Of a stretch of 64,000 bases of DNA, positions 37,301 to 47,716 are shown in pieces. The stretch is from Vitrella brassicaformis CCMP3155 (lineage: Eukaryota; Protista; Chromerida): positions 124,001 through 188,000 of the forward strand of contig CDMY01000698.1 of NCBI GenBank assembly GCA_001179505.1, written 5' to 3'. The notes beneath the pieces are model-generated. The model was not told where the DNA came from and did not search any database. It worked only from the letters and a program-made list of their open reading frames with translations. The stretch's first letter is position 1, and every line of letters begins with the position of its first letter. A program made the translations under genes and the position numbers.

Positions 37301-40300
37301 GAGGTAAGCAGCAAGGAATGCCGCGTGTGGATGTTGACGTTGACTGACATGTGAATGGCAGGTGGTGATCCGTTGGTCGATGAGCCAATCGATGACCCTG
37401 ACACGGGCGGCGGAGAAGTCCCAGAAGATCAAGGTGTTTTGGGTTCTTCTGTATGAATGAACATGAATGTGTGTGCATTGTTGCCGTGCTGCAGGTGATG
37501 GAGGACTCGACGGAGGCCAGCTTGGGTCTGCGGAGGCCAGCTTGGGTCTGGCCCTGACGACATCGGCCAGGAGGATCCAATGACTGGTGAACTGCCAGGC
37601 GATGACCCTGCTGCAAACGATCCAATGACCGGTGAACTGCCAGGCGATGACCCTGCTGCAAACGATGGTCTCCAGGATCCCGGGATGGATGGAGACCACG
37701 ACCCTTTCCTTGGAGAAGAGGGTGGGCAGCAGAGGATCAAAGGTGCAGAGACACGGCAGGTTGATGTCTCTGTGTGTCCGTCAACAACAGGTGCTGAAGA
37801 CGAGCACGGGGATGGCGGCATGGGTGGAGGGGCTGGCCCGGGTGGTGCTGACCCAGATTTAATGGATGAAGGACCGATAGACGGCGAAGAAGGTGGGGCA
37901 GCTGATCCATTCGATCGGAACGGACAGGATGGCGGCGACCCAATGGGCGGAGGTCCACTGGACGAGGATGATCTGCATGAAGGCGACGGGCCGCTTGATG
38001 GAGAGGATTCACTGCCCGGAGGCCTTCCTGATCTTGATGACGGTGGACATGGAGGTAAGGGAGCCGCCCTGGAACGTCGATGAATCTCTGTGTTTCTTGT
38101 TTGTAGGGGGGCAGGGATCATCAGACTGGCGGCAGGATTGGCTGCCGGCCCTCAATCTACCACCGGACCCGACAGATAAAGACCTCGGTATGGCATTCGG
38201 CACAATCGACAGCAACTACGATGGGTTGCTCGACCAGGACGAGGTCCGACAGAGGTACGACACACTTGCGCGCACAGTGCACTCCATCTCCTCACCAAAG
38301 GTCCCCATGTTCCTTTCCCCATCCGTTTGTCAGCTGGAGTAGCTCAGGCCACGCTGGTCCCTCTGATGAGGGCGTGTACCTGGCCTTCGAGGAGCTGGAC
38401 CAGAATGCCAACGGGTTCGTGGAGAGTGAGGAGTGGTCCAACGTCATACATGACTCGCTCTTCTCGGGACACGACGACCTCATCCACGACCCGTGCATCG
38501 ACGACCCCGACGCGTGCGCAGCTCTAGACGAGTTTGGGGACTTGCTGGCTTCTGAGGACCAGACAGTGTAAGAGCAATGCAATACGGTCTGGTGCAATGC
38601 AATCACATCGCACCCCCGTCTGTCTGTGTTTGCTTTGCAGGTATCAGCCTGGTGGGTTGGTCTCCCCGTGTGATCCACCGCTGGTGTTCGATCCCAACGG
38701 CAAGGTCTGCCGCAACAAGTGTTCAAGTGTGGGCGACCTCCCCGACCCGGACGGCTTTTGCCAGCCCAACCCCAAGGCCCAGGCCTCCCCTGACGTGCCT
38801 GTCAGCGACTCCCTCACCCTCGACTACGACCCTGGCCGTGCAATTGAAATCATTGAGAACGGCACCATGATGGCCGAATTCGCACGTGCCTTCGAGGAGA
38901 AGATGGCAGCCTTCCTTGGCGTGCCGAGGTCACGGATCAGGGTTGACGACGTCATTGAGGGATCCCTGATTGTCTACTACGAACTCGAGCCGGCCATCAC
39001 AAGTTAGTGCGAAAGGAATAGAGCAATATGCTGTCATACTGCCTTGGTGTCTCGATGTCTCACGCTCTCTTTCGACAGATCAGGACCAAGTGTATTCGCC
39101 CACTGGCCTTCAGGAGCTCATCAACGTGCAGCGGCCGTTGCTATTCCTCACGAACTTCACCGTCCTCAGCTATACCAGCCCATACGGCAGCGTCAGCTCT
39201 GCCACACAGGCGGTATTCAACCCCGATGCCACCGCAGATCTGCTGGCCAAGTATGCCAGCGCTCTGTCAAACAAGAAGCCCATCGTCACTGTGCAGAGTG
39301 ACAAGGTGCCAAAAGAGAGTATGGACAGCCGGAGACATGACATTGTACGTTGTGTGAACACCCTTGTGTGTGTGTTGTGTTGTGTTGTGTTGTGTGTAGG
39401 TCTTCACGATAAGTAAGATCGACATCGTGAACCGAGACGCCAAGGACACCTACCTCCCAACCGAGCCCTACCTCCCCAACATCGTGGAGCCCACCCGCAG
39501 CCCCCCTGTGATGGACGTCGAAGTGGCCCTCTTCCTCGTCCCTGACTTCCAGAACATCACTGAAGCCAGCCTCTGCCCCGCCATGGTCATGCCGCAGAGC
39601 GAAGAACACCCCAACACTTCTCCAACATCCCTGGGAGATTCGGCTCGTATTGGGGCGCGTGGAAGGCGCAGAAGGGCAAGGACATTCGGCTGCGGTCTTG
39701 CGAGGTGCGCGACTTCAATGCGACTGGGGAGGGGTGTCAGGCGCTTAACAGCCTGCCGAAGAGCAGGTACAGGCCGTCGTGCACAATGGAGCTGCCGCCC
39801 AAGAAACGCATGGAGTATTCAATTCACAGCGCCGCTCAACCATAAGGTAGGTGAGAATATTATGGCAAACTAACAATCCATTGTGTTTCCCGTTCAGTGG
39901 GTGATGCCAGAGGGTCGTGACGATTTCCAACAAGGCGTGGTCCATAAGCCTGAATGGACATTGTACGGCAGAACGTGACCCGTCGACTGCGTTGAATGCA
40001 CTGGCTGCCTGTGTGTGTTGTGCCATTACAGTGACTTCGAGACGCAGTATGTGTTCATGTGGGACGGTAAGTCACCCGCACGCACCAGGAGCGCACTGAT
40101 GTGATGCATATTTCATGTCTGCCTGCCCGTCTTGCTCCCGCACCAGCGAGCGCCCGGGAGGTAGAGAAGTCATTCATGGCCAAGGCAGGCCCTGGTAAGT
40201 AAGGGAGGGCTGGTTTGGTGTGAATGACATTGTGTGTCGTCTGTGCGTGTGCGTCAGGCGAGAGGCTACTGGGGGAGCGATTCCTCTACGCAGGTGCATT

Positions 40301-42503
40301 TGTGAGGCTGGACCAATTGCCTGTGCGCCCATGTCTGTCTCTGTGCATGGCTTTCAGGCGAACCCTTCTTCAAGTACACAAGATAGACACGATATAGGCT
40401 GAAGCACACGAAGTGTGTGGGTGGTTGCGTCATGGCAGGGGCAACCAGACATGCCGCAACAGCACGGTCTGCGGTGGCTGCTCATGTCATAGCAGCAGCC
40501 GCAAGTGCGGGCCGCCCATCGCGCCACCTGCCAACCCAGTCACCATACTACCCGACATCAGTAGGCCTGCCGCTATACAACACTGCACAGCACACGTGTG
40601 TTGCATTCTGTGGGCGTAGGGCTGCACATCAATAAGGGTCGTACCAAGGCAGTGGTGGAGGAGGAGCAGCAGTGGTTCTGGCCGACAGGCAAAACACTCA
40701 ACGACCTTCTCGAGTGAGACAGGCAGCCAACCAACCAGCCAGGCAGACAGGGCCCGGTTTGTGTCTGTCTGTGTGTCAGCAAGGGGTTTGATGGTGACTC
40801 GCCGCACTTCCCGGGCGAGTTTGAGGTGTCAAAATTACGCAGGGGGCGGATGGGGATCGACACCATGTACTCTTGTTTGTGTGTCGTGTGGTGCAGGTGC
40901 CTCTGCAAGGCGGGTTGGCGTCCATCACAGGTGCAGAGGACAGGGCATTCCCACTCCTGCCCGGCAGAATATACACCATCAGAGCAAACGTCCAGGTCTG
41001 CACCCACACCCACACCCACACCCACACACACCAACAGAGACACACGTGCATCTGTGTGTGTGTGATGGGTGCCTGCAGGTGTTTCCTCTGTACGAGAAGA
41101 GCAAGTGGGACTGGTTCGGTAGGTCGAGGCTTGTCAAGTGGGAGGCCTCGGTGGCGGACGCTCAGGCCGCCGTGGCGCCCCTCGACTACGAGGCGCGGCA
41201 CGAGTGCCGCGTTCGCTATATCCTCAGGATCGACAACAGGGCCAGACAGCTCGTCAAGGTCTACACATACGACCTCACTGGTACGGATGGATGGATGGAT
41301 GAACCGTCAAAATCGATGTGTGTGTGTGTCTGTGTGTGTGTGTGTCCGTGTGCGTGTCTGTGTGTCGTAGCTTTTCTGACGGACCTGGGAGCGTGGCTTG
41401 GGTTCTGGTGAGTGCCCATCACGTGCAAACACGGACCATATGTACCTGAATGAACACTTGTGCATATTATTCTCTCAGGGGTCTGGGCATCGTGCTCCTC
41501 GGCATCTGGCAGGTGTGGACGTTGCAGTCAACACAAGCCGCCACACACATGTCTCGATGGCATTGCAGATGCTGTACAAGCCCTTCGGCCACGTGTTGGG
41601 AGAGGACGTCGATGAGAGGGCCGACCGCTTCAAAGAAGAAGCTAAGGTACGCCAAGCCGCAACGGCAGCCAGTGGTTGACCGACTGCGTCGCTGCCTCGC
41701 TGCAGGAGGCGTATGCCGTCAAGCGCAAGAAAACACTGTAAGCCGGCCAGGCCCACCACACACACTCTCACAATCCATATCTCTGCGAGCAGGTTGAAGG
41801 ACCCGGCGCGCTATGGCCTGACGGCTGATGAGGTGTCCAAGCTCCAGCAGATGGGCGAGGGCGATGAGGCCGCCAGCCTGTCGAGGATATTCAGAGACAC
41901 AGAGGACCAACCTGATGAAGATGACGACGTCGAGAAGGCCAAGAGAGAGACAAGGGCTGCTGATGGTGCAGATGACCATCCAGTACGCCAGCAGCAGCAC
42001 CAGCAGCAGCATCATGGCAGCGCGGATCTAGATGACGTGGGAGAGGGAGAGGGTGATGGTGGTCCGGGGCAGCCCGAGAAGAAGAGGACTCTGGTGGACC
42101 TCACTGAGCTGCCGAGAGACGACGGCAGAGACGATGACGACACATCGCAGAGAAAAAGTGAGCACGTCTGTCCCCATGTGTCTGCCAGTTGCACACGTGT
42201 GTCTCCCTCCCTCCCTCTCCAGGCTGTACTGGATTTCTTGTCGAGCAGTCTAGGAGACGAGGTGAGTCAGTCCGTGACACACACACACACACACACACAC
42301 AAAGACACACAAAACAGTTTGTGGGCCAAGGGTCCACGATGAGCGTGTGTGGATGCAGAGCGGTGTCCGGCGGGTCGACCGGCAGAGGGACGACGCGCAC
42401 CATACCAACAAGGTAAGCGGCAGATGCGATGCAAGTGTGTAAGGTGTGATGGCACGAACGTCACCCCTGCGCTGCGCTATCGTCTGACTATGTGCAGATC
42501 TAG
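31367..42503 (+). CDS. Giant two-TM protein (>2,000 aa, ~40 exons) with DEG/ENaC/ASIC-like TM2 and modular ectodomain (Cys modules, acidic repeats, EF-hands, SEA-like)
   Basis: TM1 TTMGGVLSLIFGALVAVLLATGIY (~31685-31755). TM2 TYDLTAFLTDLGAWLGFWGLGIVLLGIW (~41265-41510). Many N-x-S/T sequons lie between them. Junctions traced at 31367-33300, 37360-37500 and 39900-42503 are in phase; the middle is not fully traced. Frame break at 37511-37550. Confidence 0.6.
37574..37666 (+). repeat. 45-nt coding tandem repeat x2 (DPMTGELPGDDPAAN)
   Basis: Two copies differing at one base. Confidence 0.9.
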
Positions 42504-43239
42504 TAGCGGTCGGAAGATCATTAGTTTGCTCTGGGGGGTAGCCCCTTTCTGTCTGTCTCGGCTATGTGTAGCCCTCGGTCACCCAATGTAGTCAGTCCTT
42601 CATTATGCATGTGTGTGTCTCGCTCGCCGCCGTAGCTCTGCTCCTCTGTTCACCTTTATGTGGGTCTTGTCTTCTTTATCGCAGCCGCAACGCTGCATTG
42701 CGTGTGCACGTCTGTGGCAGTGGAGGTGCGTGTGGGTGCGTATGGGTGGTGCAGGTGATGCAGAATAGGACTTGAGGGCTGCGTGTGTGCTGGTATGTGG
42801 GTATGCATTTGACTGACACGGAATGAATCTCAGATTGTCAGACAAACTCACCCTCAGTCAGCAACGGGAAGACTTGACAGACACGCACCATGCCCCCGCT
42901 GCCTGCCTGCCTGCCTGCACAAATACTGTCTGCCTTTCCCCAAACCCCACCCAGACAGACAGAGTCATGCACGGACTGAGCCAATAAGGTACGTGAAGGA
43001 CGACCCATCGGTGTCTGTCAGCCTCACCCACCCTCCCTCCCACCCACCACACCCGAGAAAGAGAGAGAGACAGAGAGAGATGAGCACTCACTGCCGCAGG
43101 CAAAAATGGCAGAGGGCGGGCAAGTGACCGACAAGTCGAGGGCTGGCTGAGTATCCAACTCCATCCATCCATCCGTCCATCCATCCATGCGATCCATGAC
43201 AAAGAGGTAGAGGTGGTGCGGGTGGGTCGGGTGCTGGAC

Positions 43240-43330
43240 CTACCAGTTCCGCGCCTCTTGGACACCTATGTGCAGCGGATAAACCACATATCTTCTGCAC
43301 ATAGGTGCCCAACCTGCGAGGGACTGGTAG
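43240..43330 (+). ncRNA. Pre-miRNA-like ~91-nt hairpin in intergenic DNA
   Basis: ~42-bp stem with a 7-nt loop, two G-U pairs on the + strand and a 3x3 internal loop. Expression is unproven. Confidence 0.4.
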
Positions 43331-43737
43331 CCTCGCCGCACCCAACGACCCCAATTTGCAATCAGGAGGAGACCGTGTGTGTGTGCTGGACCCACTTGGA
43401 AAAAATGGCCCCCTCCCTCCCTCCCTGCCTCTCTGCCGTCCCGCTCTCCCTCATCATGTGATGTGAAGTCATGTGGTGCGTTACACATGCATACCATACC
43501 TGAGCAGCAACTTCTGTACAACCAATCAATCAATCAGTACACACACAGAGAAGCGAAGGGAGACGCACGCGCAAAACCAGTGCCGTGGCGGGTCGGAGCG
43601 ATGGTAAGGCAAGCAGACAGGCAGGCAGGCAGGCAGGCAAAGACAAAGGAGAGAGGAGAAGAAGAGCGTTAGCTAGGGTAGGTGGGTAGGTACTGACCGA
43701 GCGACCGACTCGCTGTGAGCGCCATGTCTGTCTCCGC

Positions 43738-44669
43738 TCACAGGAGGGGCGTGCCGGCGGGAATCACCACGAATCGCAGCCAGAAGCAACCCACACCAGC
43801 CAGCACACCTGAGGGAACAACAAGAAGAAAGAACACCACACAACCACCACACGCAATACACACCCGTGTTCGCTGATCTTCGGTGATGCTGTCGTGCGTA
43901 CCGATGGTGCATCCGACGATGCACTGGTTACGAGTGTGATCCTCCAGGTGGTATCGCGCTGACACAACCACAAGCCACAGCCCACAGCCAAACACATGAC
44001 TCCAAACCGCTGAGACCATTTACTCTCTCTCTCCGCCCTGCTCAGCTCACTCACCCCAGGGCATGGGCGCCAGCAGTGAGAGTGCCGCGACCGCGTGGAC
44101 GATGCGCGGCAGTGTGTGGTATGCGAATCCGAATGAGAGTTCGAGGAGGATCCATGTCATGACGCAGTACGAGGTCAGGCAGTGGCTGGATGGCATGCCG
44201 TACGACCGCACGGCCGACTTGGCGGGGCGCGCCTGCTTGAACAGACGCTTCAGCACCGCCTCGGCGAACACACTCAGCAGCAACTTCTGACACTGCACAC
44301 ACAACACACCCAACACACAGTCAGTCAACACACAGATGTCTTTCCTCCCTGCACATGCGTCTCTGGCGGACCCACCAGGCAATAGAATGGGAAGAATTGC
44401 CCGCCGAGAGCGAACCAGAAGAAGAAGAGCACTGTGATGGCGTAGGGGACGAACGAGTAGAGGACGGCGAGGGTCTCGGTGGGCGTGAGGGGTGGGCGGA
44501 TGGACACCGAGAGGAAGCTGTAGGCGAGGGTGTCGGGGGTGCCCTCCTCGATGTCCTTGCCAACCACACTGTACAGGTGGAACGGCGTCGGAGACACCAG
44601 CCGAGACCACACCGTCGGCGACTCCTCACCGCCCACACACATCTTCTTGGGCTGCGCCAGCGACATCAT
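43738..44669 (-). CDS. PAP2-family lipid/dolichyl-pyrophosphate phosphatase
   Basis: KRLFKQARP, YGMPSSH and ARYHLEDHT..Q catalytic motifs plus TM helices. Confidence 0.88.
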
Positions 44670-44806
44670 CCTCTAGAGCCACTCGTGGAACGTTGATGGA
44701 TGCACAGCCTTTTCCTTCGGTTCTTTCGTTCAGTGCCTCACTTCACTTCGCGCGTTTCACGTCGTCAGCTCGCAGAGCCCTAGCTCGGAGCACCCGAGCT
44801 GAAGAG

Positions 44807-46332
44807 ATGGACATAGAGTCAGCAGAAGGCTTCAAGCCGGTGCGTCGGCGTAAGGGTGGCCGCACTCGGCCGTCGGCATCACCCTACGACAAAGATGATG
44901 CGCCCATGGGAGCGGCGGATGGCGATGCGGGGGACGTGCTGCAGGCCGTGGACGTGGAGATGAACGTGGCAGATGACGAGGAAGAAGACGACGACAAGCA
45001 GGTGAATTGGGTGGAAAGGACGACAGACAAACGACGCACAGCATCGTGCATCTGCTTGCTTGTGCTGTATGTGTTGCCTGCCTGTCAGGGGGAGAGTGAT
45101 CCCAAGTATGCTCCCCTGAAGCCGCAGCAAATGACAAGCAAAAAGGTACGTGGGTAAACAGCATTCAATCCAGCACAGAGAGAAGAGAACTGAATTTGTG
45201 TGATGTGTTCGTTGTGTTCGGCGTCCATGCAGGGCGGTGGAAAGTTCCAGATCCGGCGGCTGTTGGTGCCTCCGCACCGCTACACGCCGCTGCGGAACGC
45301 GTGGCTGGAGATGTTGCAGCCGCTGGTGGACCACATGAAGCTGCAAGTCCGCATGAACACCAAAAGAAGATGCGTCGAAATCCGGGTGGGCGGGCAGCTG
45401 GGTGAATGCTTACGTGAATGTGTGGTGTGTCGACTGATTGATGTACTTACTGCCTGCAGACTTCGCCGGACACGAAGGACATCGGTAATCGCTGAGGCGG
45501 TGCTCAGATCAGACTGACACGTAGACGGGCTTCTTGTGTGTCTGTGTCTGTGCTGTCGTCTTCAGGTGCTCTGCAAAAGGGAGCGGATTTCGTCAAGGCC
45601 TTTCTGGTACGCAGCGCGACACACGAACTGAATTTGCCAGACAGACGTCATGGCTGTATGTGTGTGTGTGTGTTTGTGTGTGATCGATGTCAGCTGGGGT
45701 TTGAGGTGCAGGACGCCATTGCGCTGCTGCGCCTCGACGACCTCTTCATCGAATCGTTTGAAATCAAAGACGGTATGAGTCAACACACACACAGCACACG
45801 AGAGGCGAAAGATCTGAACCCACTGAACCCCTTCTGTATGGTGCGTGTGGTTCAGTGAAGCGTCTGAGCGGCCACCACATGTCGCGTGCGATCGGTCGCA
45901 TCTCGGGCAAGGACGGCAAGACCAAATACGCCGTGGAGAACGCCACCCGCACTCGCATCGTCCTGGCGGACCAGAAAATACACATACTCGGTGAGTCAGC
46001 CAATCAGCCACTGACCGATGGGCGGGCCGGAGGCAGCCGTACACGAACAGCTCATGAAATTGGAGTCTGTCTGTGTGTCTTCGTGTTTGTCTGTGTGTGA
46101 AGGTTCGTTCAACAACATCAAGTTGGCGCGTGACAGCATCTGCAATCTCATCCTCGGTCAGTGCAGCTCTGATGCTGGACGGATGGATGGATGGATGGAT
46201 GGCTCCCATTCATGCGGTGGTTGTCTGTTGTGTGTTGTGGCGCTGTATGTATGTGTGTGCGCAGGCAGTCCGCCAGGCAAGGTGTACAATCACCTCCGTA
46301 CAGTGGCCAAGCGCCTGCAGGAGCGGCTCTAG
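44807..46332 (+). CDS. PNO1: Pre-rRNA-processing KH protein PNO1/Dim2
   Basis: RRLLVPPHRYTPLRNAW, LKLQVRMN, ALLRLDDLFIESFEIKD, RAIGRISGKDGKTKYAVENATRTRIV, GSPPGKVYNHLR. Confidence 0.96.
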
Positions 46333-46474
46333 ACTGATGAACTAGAAACACAACAGACAGGCTGCTTTCATAGTCAGGCGGACGTAGTCAGGGAAACACA
46401 CACGTAGTCAGGGAAAGGTCTCGACGTTGGCCGTGAAACGTTGTTGGAGTCAGTTCGCGTCGATTCCGCCAGAG

Positions 46475-47219
46475 ATGGCGTTGCTCTTGATGGCGCGGTG
46501 TGGCATCCTCATGACAATCTCACTAGCAATCTCATTCATCGGCACTGCATCAGCCTTCACCCTCTCCCCTTCCCTCCTACCCTCTCCCCTCCACACCCAC
46601 ACCCATTCATCCGCTGCAGCATCCGTCCACCCCTTTCGCCCGCCATTGCTACGGCTGCGGCCTCCATTGCCGCCATTGCGGGCGGCGCAGGAAGATCAGC
46701 TCATCTTGACCGAGGAGAACGTCGAGAAGACACTGGAGGCGTGCAGGCAGGAGCTCTCGGCGCTGTTCGGCAACAGCGAGGAGAACAGGAGCGTCGGCAT
46801 CACTGGCGACGTTGAGTTTGCTGGTAGGCAGGCAGGAGTGACTCTGTTGTTTGAGTCACTGCATCGTCCATTGCATTGCATTGCATTGAGATCTGCCTGT
46901 CTTCTTGTCTGTGTTGTGTGTGTTGACTGGTGCGTGCAGGTCTGGATGGTCCTCTGGTGATCTTGAGGCTGAAGGGCCGGTTCTGGCACTCCCGGGCGAC
47001 GGTGCTGGAGAGGGTGACGGCATTCCTACTCAACAGGTGGGAGGGCGGCCGACACGACCAGACAGGCAGGCAGACAGACGGACAGACAGACAGACACGTG
47101 CACTGATTGCTTGACTGACATAGCTGCTGCAATGTGTTGTGTTGTGGGTGGTCAGGATTCCCGAGTGTCTTGGTGTTGAGATAGAGGACCCTGCCATGCT
47201 CGATGACAACGCTGAGTGA
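46475..47219 (+). CDS. Plastid-targeted NifU C-terminal-like domain protein lacking CxxC
   Basis: Signal ending ASAF plus transit-like segment, LTEENVEKTL, DGPLVILRLKGRFWH, RIPECLGVEIEDP. Confidence 0.8.
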
Positions 47220-47716
47220 GTGAGTGATAGTTATGCCGCTTTGGGTCCGTGGGCGGCTGACAGACAAATAAGACATTTATTTGTGAGATGGACGGATGGA
47301 TGGATGGACATTTATCATGGTTATTAGACAGAAGCCTTATTGCTGCATACGAACAATTATTGATATCAATCACTCAATCAGTCGCCACGACGGCACTAGA
47401 CTTCGATCGATGAATGCACTATACACACAGCACACACACACACACACAGCCAATCAAGTGTCTGTCTGCACACTACAAGTACAAAATGCACACACGCCCT
47501 ATTCGATGGGGGCGCTTGGTGACTGACTGGCACACACACAAGCAGCCAGGAAAAATGCCGCCACGCCATGTCATGTCGACCGGAAAAACGCCCACAACAC
47601 AAATCAGCTGCCACACGGTGAAAAACCAACGGAGCACACTCACGCACCCACACCCCACTAGATGGGTGAAAGGATGCACACAGTAGGAGGCACACGCTTG
47701 TCAGGCGGCTGTGGCG

